IMG/VR virus record: IMGVR_UViG_3300047157_000229
Coordinates: 1 to 64,000 of that record
Length of the DNA: 64,000 nt
Source of the DNA: a virus
Reading direction: 5' to 3' (one strand)
The notes under the pieces are model-generated. The model ran no database searches, was not told where the DNA came from, and worked only from the letters and a program-made list of their open reading frames with translations. This document shows positions 26,790 to 36,529 of this stretch, in pieces. Numbering within the stretch: the first letter of the stretch is position 1; each line of letters starts with the position of its first letter. Made by a program: the position numbers and the translations under genes.

Positions 26790-26960
26790 TTATTTTGTTT
26801 TTCTTGGAGCGGGGGAAGCCCAAGGGCAGTCACTAAAGAAAGGGAATGGCTCTCGCTTGGCTAACTCCTCAGAATTCTTTCTGAACTGAGCTTTGCGCCG
26901 ATCAATGAGATCTTGAACTTCTTGTGAGCGAGTGGCGGGGTAAGGCTTGTTTTGCTTCAT
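26790..26960 (-). CDS. Hypothetical early protein
   Basis: TATAAT-6-ATG at 26960. Confidence 0.65.
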   Translation of the reverse strand: MKQNKPYPATRSQEVQDLIDRRKAQFRKNSEELAKREPFPFFSDCPWASPAPRKTK

Positions 26961-27017
26961 GTGAGAATTATACATTAAAAAGTGATTTAAAAAAGCTTTT
27001 TCTGCTATTATTTTAAT

Positions 27018-27239
27018 TTATTTACTTACCCAACCGAACTTAAAAAAGTCAAAGTGACCATTGTCATCTCCATACTTCAGATATTCCTTGGCGATCTCTG
27101 AACCATACTTGTCTTCGATGTCTTTATACATACTACCAGCAAAAACCTCATCCATGATCTGAAAGAATAAACTCTTGTTCATGCCTCCACCATCTTCGTT
27201 GGCGTAGTTAAAAGGCTGCATCTCTTCTTGTTGCTTCAT
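27018..27239 (-). CDS. Hypothetical early protein (first gene of the leftward block)
   Basis: TAAAAT-6-ATG. Confidence 0.7.
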   Translation of the reverse strand: MKQQEEMQPFNYANEDGGGMNKSLFFQIMDEVFAGSMYKDIEDKYGSEIAKEYLKYGDDNGHFDFFKFGWVSK

Positions 27240-27529
27240 GCGTAGATTTTAACACAGTATCGACTAAAAGAAAAGCTTTTTTTACTATTATTTTTTAAAT
27301 ATATTTTAATTTAATACTTGACAAGCCACCCCACCCCATTTCTGAAAAAATTAGTTAGCGTTTGCGTAGCATAATCGCGGGGGGAGTCCGACTTCAATTT
27401 CTCAATGGCCAAACCCCCACCCATTATTGGACCAGTCGCTGACGTTTTTATTATTGATAATAGTTATTTAAAAAAAAATACACCCCCCTATAATTATAAC
27501 GGGGTACAAAATTAGTGTAATAACAACAA

Positions 27530-28375
27530 ATGAGTCTACCATACAGTGAATTTCCAGTTTACATAGGTCAAGCTGGAGCAGTTACGCCGCCGAATGAGCC
27601 TAACGGCTATATTCCAGCTACGCAATTGAACGTTAGCTATAGCACTTCGTCTAGTGCTAGACGTAAATTGGGTAAGAGTGTTGATGCCTCTGATCAGTTT
27701 ACATTTAATAGTGCATTATCTGCAGATATATCGGTTAGTTGTTTATTGCAATCGGGGATGGTTTCGGGGTTGGATTTTTTATTGGATGCTAATCAAGATG
27801 ATTTTGTGACTATGAAGTTGGGTAGTGGTATATACAACAAGTGTTATGCTAAAGATGTGTCGTTGAGCATAAGTCCATTTGAGCCAGTGGTTTTGAGTGC
27901 TAATTTTGTTTCATTAGATCCTGCTGTGGGTGGGACTATTACTGGGGATACTGATGCATATCGTGGTGAATTTCCGCCATTAGATACTGATATTATTGTT
28001 TATGGTCATACGTGTTCTGTTAATGATAGCGCACAAGTATTGGGGGATGTTCAATCACAAATAAATTTCAAGAGAGCATACACCCGCACCCCAATTTACG
28101 GTTTAGGTTCTGTGAATGCGTCTTCTATGTTGTTGGATGGAGTGGAAGAGGAGATATCTGTATCATCTACAGGTTTAAATAGCTTGATAGGGTTTAGTGG
28201 TGAAAAGTTGAATAACGTTTTACAAGTTGACCTTAAATATTTGGGGGATAACACTCCTTTAATAAATAATTTTATTAAGTTCCCCGCTGGCGCGAGAGTC
28301 TTGATGGAAGCGTATTCTGCCCAAGGAGGAGAAGTGATGCAAACAACTGCGACAATTAAACAGGTAAAACTGTAA
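27530..28375 (+). CDS. Tail tube-like structural protein (paralog)
   Basis: RTPIYGLGS motif resembles RTPIDRLGS in 41311-42465; GTGTAA upstream. Confidence 0.6.
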   Translation: MSLPYSEFPVYIGQAGAVTPPNEPNGYIPATQLNVSYSTSSSARRKLGKSVDASDQFTFNSALSADISVSCLLQSGMVSGLDFLLDANQDDFVTMKLGSGIYNKCYAKDVSLSISPFEPVVLSANFVSLDPAVGGTITGDTDAYRGEFPPLDTDIIVYGHTCSVNDSAQVLGDVQSQINFKRAYTRTPIYGLGSVNASSMLLDGVEEEISVSSTGLNSLIGFSGEKLNNVLQVDLKYLGDNTPLINNFIKFPAGARVLMEAYSAQGGEVMQTTATIKQVKL

Positions 28376-28398
28376 ATTCAGTGTAATGTATATTACAT

Positions 28399-29115
28399 AT
28401 GGGAGTTAAGAAACTGTCTAATATTCAGTTGGAACCTCACAACTTTTTTTCAATAAAGTTTAAAGAGAGGAAATTTAAATTTACCGCAAATCAACGCAAA
28501 TTTCTAGATACACTACTAGATCCAGAGGTAAAAATCATGTTTGTGTCTGGACCAGCTGGTTCTAGTAAAACTTACATGTCTTTATATGGTTGTCTTAGAT
28601 TAATGTCTGAAGATAGAGATAAGGATCTATTATACATTAGAAGTATTGTAGAAAGCGCTGATAAAGGTCTAGGTAGCCTTCCTGGAGATATGTCTGAGAA
28701 ATTCAACCCTTTTACGTTGCCTCTCTATGACAAACTAGAAGAAATCATACATGAGGGCGATACAGCCTACCTGAAACAAAAGGAACGTGTCAATGCTATA
28801 CCTATAAACTTTTTAAGGGGGGCTAACTGGGAAAACAAACTAATTGTAGCTGACGAAGCGCAAAACTTTACATTTAAAGAGTTGACCACTTTGATTACTC
28901 GTATTGGTGAAAATACTAAGTTAATTATCTGCGGAGACTTTATGCAAAGTGATATTGATGGTAAGACAGGCTTTAAAAACATGGTTGATATATTTTCAGA
29001 CGAAGATTCTAAAGCTAATGGTATTGATACCTTTCAATTTACCAACAAAGATATTGTTAGAAGCAAAATTTTAAAATTCATCATTTCTAAGTTAGAAAAT
29101 TGGAAGAAAGTGTAA
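28399..29115 (+). CDS. phoH: PhoH-family ATPase
   Basis: GPAGSSKT, LGSLPG, FLRG, DEAQN, TRIG, GDFMQSD, DIVRS. Confidence 0.95.
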   Translation: MGVKKLSNIQLEPHNFFSIKFKERKFKFTANQRKFLDTLLDPEVKIMFVSGPAGSSKTYMSLYGCLRLMSEDRDKDLLYIRSIVESADKGLGSLPGDMSEKFNPFTLPLYDKLEEIIHEGDTAYLKQKERVNAIPINFLRGANWENKLIVADEAQNFTFKELTTLITRIGENTKLIICGDFMQSDIDGKTGFKNMVDIFSDEDSKANGIDTFQFTNKDIVRSKILKFIISKLENWKKV

Positions 29116-29234
29116 TAATAATATATAAACAGGAAAATGCGTCAACGCGAAAGCGGCGAACAGCTTATAAACAAAAGGATGCATCAAAACTTGTTTTTTT
29201 TGAAAATTAATTCATAAACAGTAAAATATATAGT

Positions 29235-29579
29235 ATGGCTCACATATTTTGTCAAAGTTGTGGAAGTAAAATTTCTTACGCTAACGCAAAGCCCAACTTC
29301 TGTACGAAGTGCGGCCAGCCTCTGAATTCTAGAGCTTCTACTGTTTCAACGAATACTTCTGTTACAGAGACAATAAAATCTTCAGTTATCTCGTCTGACG
29401 AGACAGATGCTGAATTTGTCCCTGAGATTACCGATTTTCAAGTAGATTTTGAAGTCTCTAATATTTCTAGTAGAACACTAGGGTCATTAATAGGTGAGCC
29501 AACTCCTAACACAACGAGTAGGAGGCGCGAACCTAAATCTGTTAATGACTTTATTGATGAAAAGAAAAAAGGGAAGTAA
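29235..29579 (+). CDS. Zinc-ribbon protein
   Basis: CQSCG...FCTKCG. Confidence 0.75.
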   Translation: MAHIFCQSCGSKISYANAKPNFCTKCGQPLNSRASTVSTNTSVTETIKSSVISSDETDAEFVPEITDFQVDFEVSNISSRTLGSLIGEPTPNTTSRRREPKSVNDFIDEKKKGK

Positions 29580-30231
29580 TTATACATATGAAGACTTCTC
29601 CGAAGTAATCGATTTAGCGATAAAGAAACAGCAGTATAAATGGCGGCTGAATGCTGTTAGGTGGTTTGACTTTGAAGATGTAGAACAAATCATAAAAGTT
29701 CACATTGCTAAGAAGTGGGACATGTGGGATCAAGAGCGACCTCTTGAACCGTGGATAGGTAGGATTATATCTAACCAGATAAGAAACCTAGTTAGAAATC
29801 ACTACGGCAACTATGTAAATCCTTGCCTGAATTATCAAGAGCCAGATCATGACTCATCTACCTGTCCGATTTGTCAGAAGTGGGAAAAGTCTAAGAAAGC
29901 GGGGTTAGAATTGAAAATACCGCTTTCTACGGAGGATTTCATAAAAGAAGTAACAAATAAAGAATATTTAGACTTCGACTTCTCTTCATCACTTGAAAAG
30001 CTTAATTTCGAGATGCAATCCCGCCTGAAGGATAATCATTACATAGCTTACAGGATGTTGTATTTTGAAAGTAGTAGCGAAGAAGATGTAGCTAAATTTA
30101 TGGGATATAAGATCTCCCCGCAAAAAAGAAAGCTTGGTTACAGGCAAGTAAAGAATCTTAAGAAGAAATTCCTACAAGTAGCTATAGAGATACTAAAGGA
30201 GCAAGATATTATAGGTGATGGAGCTGAATAA
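29557..30231 (+). CDS. Phage sigma-factor-like protein
   Basis: Region-2-like DFEDVEQ...PWIGRIISNQIRN; Cys insert; region-4-like HTH (EEDVAKFMG). Confidence 0.6.
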   Translation: MKRKKGSNYTYEDFSEVIDLAIKKQQYKWRLNAVRWFDFEDVEQIIKVHIAKKWDMWDQERPLEPWIGRIISNQIRNLVRNHYGNYVNPCLNYQEPDHDSSTCPICQKWEKSKKAGLELKIPLSTEDFIKEVTNKEYLDFDFSSSLEKLNFEMQSRLKDNHYIAYRMLYFESSSEEDVAKFMGYKISPQKRKLGYRQVKNLKKKFLQVAIEILKEQDIIGDGAE

Positions 30232-31267
30232 AGATCAAAAAGAGTTTTTAAGAGTTAATTCTCAAGATATGCCAGATCTTATTGATTTGACAAAAAAATG
30301 CTTTGGCGATGAATCTTTGGATGGCAGATCTAAGGAAGGCCGCGCTGTTCGCAAGTTCTTAGTAGAGAACTCTATAAAATTCAAAACAACAAGTAGAATA
30401 CCTGCTGAAGTTATAAATTTAACAAAAGAGCAAGGAGAATTCATTCTGCAGCAAGCGGAAGAGGGATTGTCTTCATTGGAGATAGCTAAGATAGTTTTCC
30501 CGTCTAGAAATGTAAAACCTCTAAGTTCTGAACAACGTGTAGTCTTAGAGAAAATTAGAGAGGTAAACCCAGATATTTTACCATCTCAAGATTCGGGAGC
30601 GTTAAATTCTTACATTTCTCCAAAATCTCCATCACGAATCATAAAAAAAGTAAATGATGCTACAGGACTAACATTAAACGAGCAAAAACTCAACAGACAA
30701 AAACAAATTTGTATAGAGAAGCTTAAAGTAAACCTTTCTAACTCTAGATTTTTAAAGATTATTAATAATTTTTTAAACGAAGAAGATAGAGTTTTGTTTG
30801 AACATGAATTTGTTAGATTGACATGGGATAAACCAGATCTAACGGCTGATGAATTGAATCTTTATTTAAACGTCTGTAAAGAGGTTATAAACTTAGAAGT
30901 TATAAGCGCTCACCTAAATAAATTGAACAGTATGTTCGATGACGCTGATGAGCAACAGGAAATGTCTATCCGTTTAGCAGAGATTATAAAAACTAAGAGT
31001 AGCGAGTATCATCAGTGCGAAACCCGCATTGAGAACCTCACAAAGAAGCTTCAGGGCGACAGGGGAGAGCGCATGAAGAAAATGCAGAAGGAGAACGCAT
31101 CTTTTCTATCTATCGTCCAATTATTCCAAGAACAGGAAGAAAGAGAGACAATGATACGAATAGCTGAGATGCAAAAAGAATCAATCAAAGAAGAAGCTGA
31201 AAGGCTAGAGGGTATGGCGGAATGGAAAGCTAGAGTTCTAGGAATAAGTCAAGAAGATGCAATTTAA
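30215..31267 (+). CDS. Hypothetical coiled-coil protein (terminase small subunit candidate by position)
   Basis: HTH-like GLSSLEIAK; two genes upstream of TerL. Confidence 0.45.
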   Translation: MMELNKDQKEFLRVNSQDMPDLIDLTKKCFGDESLDGRSKEGRAVRKFLVENSIKFKTTSRIPAEVINLTKEQGEFILQQAEEGLSSLEIAKIVFPSRNVKPLSSEQRVVLEKIREVNPDILPSQDSGALNSYISPKSPSRIIKKVNDATGLTLNEQKLNRQKQICIEKLKVNLSNSRFLKIINNFLNEEDRVLFEHEFVRLTWDKPDLTADELNLYLNVCKEVINLEVISAHLNKLNSMFDDADEQQEMSIRLAEIIKTKSSEYHQCETRIENLTKKLQGDRGERMKKMQKENASFLSIVQLFQEQEERETMIRIAEMQKESIKEEAERLEGMAEWKARVLGISQEDAI

Positions 31268-32273
31268 ATGTCAGGAATGCGGCAAGGAGTTTAAAAGCCG
31301 AAGAAGCTTACATACTCATATAAAAGTCCATGATTTATTTGTGGGGGACTATTATGTGAAATATTACCCACGTTTTGATAAGTTAACTAATCAACCGATA
31401 GAGTATAAAAATTACGATCAGTATTTCGCTACTGACTTCATCAATATATCTAATATGAAAAAGTGGTGCGATCAGGCTCCGCGAGAAGAGGTTAGAGAAT
31501 TTATAAAAAAGTCTTTAAAAGAAAAGCTAGGAGCCAAGGGCATTCAAGCAGGTCCACCGTCCACTTACCTACTAACGGGTGGTCTTCCCGATATTGACAT
31601 CTGTAAACAGATGTTCGGCAGTTATCGTGAAACCTGTCAGCATATCGATATGCTCCCCATGCTATCAGCGTCTTTACCAAAAGATTTCCAAAAAGATTAT
31701 AGTGATACACCTATACTAATTGACACTAGGGAACAACAGCCATTATCTTTTAATAATTCTGACTCATTGAAATTGGATGTGGGTGACTATGCCGTGGGCG
31801 GTGATCTATATGACTATACATTTGTGGATAGGAAGTCTTACCAGGATTTTTGCTCTACTATTACAAACGGTTATTCGCGTTTTATCAAAGAGTTAGAAAG
31901 ATGTAGATCTATTGGTTGTTTTCTTTATATAGTTACAGAAACAGCTTTTGATGATATGTGGGCCACTAATAAAAAAGGCTTCAAGAAATTTAAATTAGAT
32001 TATGTTTATCATCAGATGCGTTCTATACAATCTGAGTATACTGATTGCTGTCAATTTGTGTTTAGTGGCTCTAGGGAGAAAAGCGAGGAACTTATACCCA
32101 AAATCCTTGTTTTAGGAAAGAAGCTATGGAAAGTAGACCTTCAATATTTTTGGGACAAAGAAATTAAAAAAGATGGCTTGGGAAACAGGAAAACAGAAAC
32201 TCCACAGAGATTACAAGGATATAAACAAACTCATTCTAGAAAAAGAGGGGTATTTAGAAGAAACGGAAGCTAA
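31257..32273 (+). CDS. C2H2 zinc finger + ERCC4/XPF-type nuclease
   Basis: CQECGKEF...LHTHIKVH; IDTREQ, GDY, VDRKS. Confidence 0.8.
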   Translation: MQFKCQECGKEFKSRRSLHTHIKVHDLFVGDYYVKYYPRFDKLTNQPIEYKNYDQYFATDFINISNMKKWCDQAPREEVREFIKKSLKEKLGAKGIQAGPPSTYLLTGGLPDIDICKQMFGSYRETCQHIDMLPMLSASLPKDFQKDYSDTPILIDTREQQPLSFNNSDSLKLDVGDYAVGGDLYDYTFVDRKSYQDFCSTITNGYSRFIKELERCRSIGCFLYIVTETAFDDMWATNKKGFKKFKLDYVYHQMRSIQSEYTDCCQFVFSGSREKSEELIPKILVLGKKLWKVDLQYFWDKEIKKDGLGNRKTETPQRLQGYKQTHSRKRGVFRRNGS

Positions 32274-34038
32274 GATCCTTCTTTATAAATTTTTTAGGGA
32301 GAATCCTTCTTTCGCTTGTGAGTTACTCACTGGGGTGAAGTTATTCCCTTTCCAGCATATGGCCATCAAGTCCATGATGGAGTCCGATTACTTTTTGGGG
32401 ATCTGGAGTCGCGGAATGTCCAAAAGCTTCTCTACAGGCGTTTTCGCGCTATTAGACGCTATTTTTAATCAGGGTGTCCAGATAGGTATTATATCAAAGT
32501 CTTTTCGACAATCTAAAATGATTTTTAAAAAGATAGAGGATATTGCTAAAAGTCCCAAAGCGACATTTTTTGCTCAGTGTATCACTCGCACATCCAAAAT
32601 GAATGATGAATGGGTTATGGAGATAGGTCGGAGCAGCATAAGAGCGTTACCTTTAGGTGACGGAGAAAAGTTAAGGGGTTTTCGTTTCCAAAGGATGATT
32701 ATTGACGAATTATTGTTGATGCCTGAAAAAATTTACAATGAGGTGATTATACCCTTTTTGTCTGTTGTGGAGAATCCTACTGAGAGACAAGAGGTCTACG
32801 ATCTAGAGACTAAGATGATAGAGCAGGGTAAAATGAAGGAGGAGGAAAGGAAACGCTGGCCAAACAACAAAATTATTGGTTTGTCTTCAGCCTCTTACAA
32901 ATTTGAATACCTTTACAAGATATATCAAAAATACGAATCTCTAATATTGAATGAAAACAATCAGGACGGAGCGCATAGAACGATAATGCATTTTAGTTAT
33001 GATTGTGCGCCACAGCAACTTTATGACCAAAGCTTAATCAATCAATCTAAATCAACCATGAGTCAATCTCAGTTTGATAGAGAATTTGGAGCTATATTCA
33101 CTGATGATAGCTCAGGGTACTTCAAGGTGAGTAAGATGGCTAATTGCACCATACCTGACGGTGAGGGCCAATCTGTGGAAGTTATAGGCAATCCTAGAGA
33201 TGAATATATATTAGCTTTTGACCCATCGTGGTCTGAAAGTGAAAGTTCTGATGATTTTGCCATGATGCTTATAAAACTAAACAAGCAAACTAAGAAAGGC
33301 ACAATAGTCCACAGTTACGCTTTATCAGGTGCTAGCTTGAAGACTCATATTAAATATATAGCTTACGTGCTTACTCATTTCAATATATCTGCAGTGGTTG
33401 GTGATTACAACGGAGGTGTCCAATTTATTAACTCTTGTAATGAAAGCGATATATTTAAAAAGAAGAATCTTAATTTAGGAGTGATAGAGGCTGATCTTGA
33501 TAAGTCTAAAGACTATAATAAAAATCTAAGGAGACTGAGGAATCAATATAACAAATCAGATAAAAATTTTGTATTCTTGAGGAAGCCGACATCAGCTTGG
33601 ATTAGATTAGCTAACGAATCTTTACAATCAGCTTTCGATCACAAACGTATATTCTTCGCTGGTGCAGCAATGAATGATGACTACAACAATCAAAGGAAGT
33701 CTAGAGTCCCAATTGAACAGTTGAAATTCATAAGAAATGATCAAAATGAAAAAGGGCCAAAAGGGGCTAGAATGATTGATTTTGTAGAACACCAGAGAGA
33801 TATGATGGATCTAATCAAAGTCCAGTGTGCTATGGTTCAAATCACAACATCTTCACAAGGTACGCAGAGCTTCGACCTCCCCCCTAACCTAAGAAAGCAA
33901 ACTGGTGCTGATAAAGCCCGTAAAGACTCTTATTCTGCCTTGGTGCTAGGTAACTGGATGATGAATGTATTTTATGATATGGAATCAGATGATATTTCAG
34001 ATCAACAGAATACCTTCACTCCAATGTTTATTTCTTAA
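32173..34038 (+). CDS. terL: Terminase large subunit
   Basis: LFPFQ, SRGMSKS (Walker A), MIIDE (Walker B), LSSA, AFDP nuclease motif, KDSYSA. Confidence 0.9.
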   Translation: MAWETGKQKLHRDYKDINKLILEKEGYLEETEAKILLYKFFRENPSFACELLTGVKLFPFQHMAIKSMMESDYFLGIWSRGMSKSFSTGVFALLDAIFNQGVQIGIISKSFRQSKMIFKKIEDIAKSPKATFFAQCITRTSKMNDEWVMEIGRSSIRALPLGDGEKLRGFRFQRMIIDELLLMPEKIYNEVIIPFLSVVENPTERQEVYDLETKMIEQGKMKEEERKRWPNNKIIGLSSASYKFEYLYKIYQKYESLILNENNQDGAHRTIMHFSYDCAPQQLYDQSLINQSKSTMSQSQFDREFGAIFTDDSSGYFKVSKMANCTIPDGEGQSVEVIGNPRDEYILAFDPSWSESESSDDFAMMLIKLNKQTKKGTIVHSYALSGASLKTHIKYIAYVLTHFNISAVVGDYNGGVQFINSCNESDIFKKKNLNLGVIEADLDKSKDYNKNLRRLRNQYNKSDKNFVFLRKPTSAWIRLANESLQSAFDHKRIFFAGAAMNDDYNNQRKSRVPIEQLKFIRNDQNEKGPKGARMIDFVEHQRDMMDLIKVQCAMVQITTSSQGTQSFDLPPNLRKQTGADKARKDSYSALVLGNWMMNVFYDMESDDISDQQNTFTPMFIS

Positions 34039-34087
34039 CTTTTAAAAGTTGAAAGTTAACTTTGAGGTGTAAGATAATTTATATCTC

Positions 34088-36058
34088 ATGTCTAAAAGAA
34101 AATATACTAAACGCTCTGAATATTGGAAAAAGTTTAACATTTCAGACCACCCATCTCAGGTAGAAGATAATACCGAAGAAGCCTCTCCTGAGCTATTAGG
34201 GGAGCCTTTTTACACTTCAGACGCTTCTTACAGCGGAGTATCAGAAGCTAGAAGGCAAGGGGCATCAACCAGCGGCTTTTCAGGTTCTAGAACGAATCGA
34301 GCTGCTTATACTAATTTACATAATCGTTATTCTAGTATTAGGTTAGGTCTACTACCTTACGAATATTCTTCTGAGGGTATTACCTGCAGAGATGCTATAG
34401 AACTTTGTCAAAAAGCTTATTGCAACGTAGCTGTATTCCGAAACGCAATAGATATTATGTCAGAGTTCACCAACACTGATATCTACTTAGAAGGTGGCTC
34501 CAAGAAGAGTAGGGAGTTTTTTTATGAATGGTTTAAAAAAGTTAATATTATAGCTCTTAAAGATCAATACTTCAGAGAGTATTATCGCAGTGGTAATGTT
34601 TTTCTTTACCGCATAGACGGAAAGTTTAAAGCTGATGATTACGCTAGACTTATCAATCAAGTCGGATCAATTGGCACATCAACCAATAAAATACCACTAA
34701 AATATATTCTTCTCAATCCGTATGATGTAATTGCAAAAAGGGCTACAACTTTTACATATGGAGGAGTATATCAGAAAGTTTTATCTGAATATGAATTAGC
34801 TAGGCTGGCTAACCCACAAACAGAAGAGGACATTGCTATATTTGAAGCTTTGGATGACGAGATTAAAGAATCTATACAAAGAGGATCTTTTACAAATAAA
34901 GGTATCAGTATAGACTTAGACCCTCAGAGGCTTTCATATTCTTTTTATAAAAAACAAGACTATGAGCCATTTGCCGTGCCATTTGGTTTCCCAGTACTTG
35001 ATGATATCAATGCGAAGCTTGAATTAAAAAAGATGGATCAATCCATTACCCGCACAGTAGAAAATGTGATATTGCTTATCACTATGGGTGCAGACCCAGA
35101 AAAGGGAGGGGTTAACCCAAACAATATGGCTGCTATGCAGAACCTATTTAAGAATGAAAGTGTAGGTAGAGTTTTAGTTTCGGATTATACCACAAAAGCT
35201 GAATTTATTATCCCTGAACTAAATTTAGTACTTGGGCCTGAAAAGTATCAGATACTCAATGAGGATATTAAACAGGGATTGCAAAATATTGTAGTAGGAG
35301 AAGAGAAATTTAATTCTACTCAAGTAAAAGCTCAAATATTTATTGATAGGCTACAGGAGTCGCGATATGGGTTTTTAAATGATTTTTTAAACAAAGAGAT
35401 AAAAAGGATAGCTAAAGACTTGGGTTTCCGCTCTTGGCCTGAAGCTAAGATGAAAGATATAGACATGAGGGATGAGGTTCAACTTATGAGAGCTTCTACT
35501 CGACTTATGGAATTGGGAATCATTACTCCTAAACAGGGAATGGAGATGTTCCACAATGGAAAGTTCCCAAATCCCGATAAATTAGAGCCAGCTCAAAAAG
35601 AATTTCTTGAAGAGCGTGAGAAGGGGCATTTCAATCCTCTGGTCGGTGGAGTCCCTGTATTCGACCCTTCAGGTAGTTCATCAGGCCCAAGAAAAGAGAG
35701 TGGTAGGCCAGAGGGGACTACTGGTATTCCTTTAGCTAACGCTACTTATTCTAGGGCTAATATTCAAGAAACAATCTATTCTATAGATAGTTTTATCCAT
35801 GACTCTAAGGCAAAAATGGCTTCTCATTTAAAAGTCGAAGAGCTTAGTCAATCTCAAGAAGAGATGCTCTCTAGCCTCTGCGAATCTATAGTTTGTTCAC
35901 AGAATAAAGAATCTTGGGACGAAACCCTTGAATCATGTGTAAAAGATTTTAATAAAATAGAGGATTTAGATACTTTACGGGAAGTTTTAGATATATCGTC
36001 TGAGCATTCTTTAGAGACTTATCCTGCAGCAATTCTATATCATAGCCATGAAAAATAA
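34088..36058 (+). CDS. Portal protein
   Basis: Follows TerL; 656 aa; FRNAIDIMSEF, YYRSGNVF, FAVPFGF. Confidence 0.8.
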   Translation: MSKRKYTKRSEYWKKFNISDHPSQVEDNTEEASPELLGEPFYTSDASYSGVSEARRQGASTSGFSGSRTNRAAYTNLHNRYSSIRLGLLPYEYSSEGITCRDAIELCQKAYCNVAVFRNAIDIMSEFTNTDIYLEGGSKKSREFFYEWFKKVNIIALKDQYFREYYRSGNVFLYRIDGKFKADDYARLINQVGSIGTSTNKIPLKYILLNPYDVIAKRATTFTYGGVYQKVLSEYELARLANPQTEEDIAIFEALDDEIKESIQRGSFTNKGISIDLDPQRLSYSFYKKQDYEPFAVPFGFPVLDDINAKLELKKMDQSITRTVENVILLITMGADPEKGGVNPNNMAAMQNLFKNESVGRVLVSDYTTKAEFIIPELNLVLGPEKYQILNEDIKQGLQNIVVGEEKFNSTQVKAQIFIDRLQESRYGFLNDFLNKEIKRIAKDLGFRSWPEAKMKDIDMRDEVQLMRASTRLMELGIITPKQGMEMFHNGKFPNPDKLEPAQKEFLEEREKGHFNPLVGGVPVFDPSGSSSGPRKESGRPEGTTGIPLANATYSRANIQETIYSIDSFIHDSKAKMASHLKVEELSQSQEEMLSSLCESIVCSQNKESWDETLESCVKDFNKIEDLDTLREVLDISSEHSLETYPAAILYHSHEK

Positions 36059-36527
36059 TTTTGAGTATACAGAAAACGGTATCGAAGTCGATATATCTGA
36101 AGCGATGCATTGCGGAGATAAAAACAAAGAAAGTCAATCTAAAAAGAAAAAATATTCTAGTTATGGTTCTCCAGATGTCGATAAACACTATTTTGATTCT
36201 AAAGAAAAAGCTATGGCTGACGCTAAAAAAATGGGACTTAAAGGTTTCCATTCACATAAAGGTAAAGACGGCAAGGTTGTCTACATGGCTGGTCCCGATC
36301 ACGCATCGTTTATGAAAAAACATAAAGAGATGATAAAAGAATCTGAAGCGGGAATGTCTCCAAAACAAAAAGCTGCTCTTGATAAGAATAAAGATGGCAA
36401 GGTAACCAAGGAGGATTTCGAACTTCTACGTAAAAAAGGGAAAAAGTCAGAGAGTAAAGAGGAGAAACCTAAGAAAAGCTATGCTAATCTTTTAACTGAC
36501 ATAGCTAACAAAGAAGACTCCGAGTAA
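36048..36527 (+). CDS. Basic head-associated protein with EF-hand-like loop
   Basis: DKNKDGKVTKEDF; between portal and protease genes. Confidence 0.65.
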   Translation: MKNNFEYTENGIEVDISEAMHCGDKNKESQSKKKKYSSYGSPDVDKHYFDSKEKAMADAKKMGLKGFHSHKGKDGKVVYMAGPDHASFMKKHKEMIKESEAGMSPKQKAALDKNKDGKVTKEDFELLRKKGKKSESKEEKPKKSYANLLTDIANKEDSE

Positions 36528-36529
36528 AT

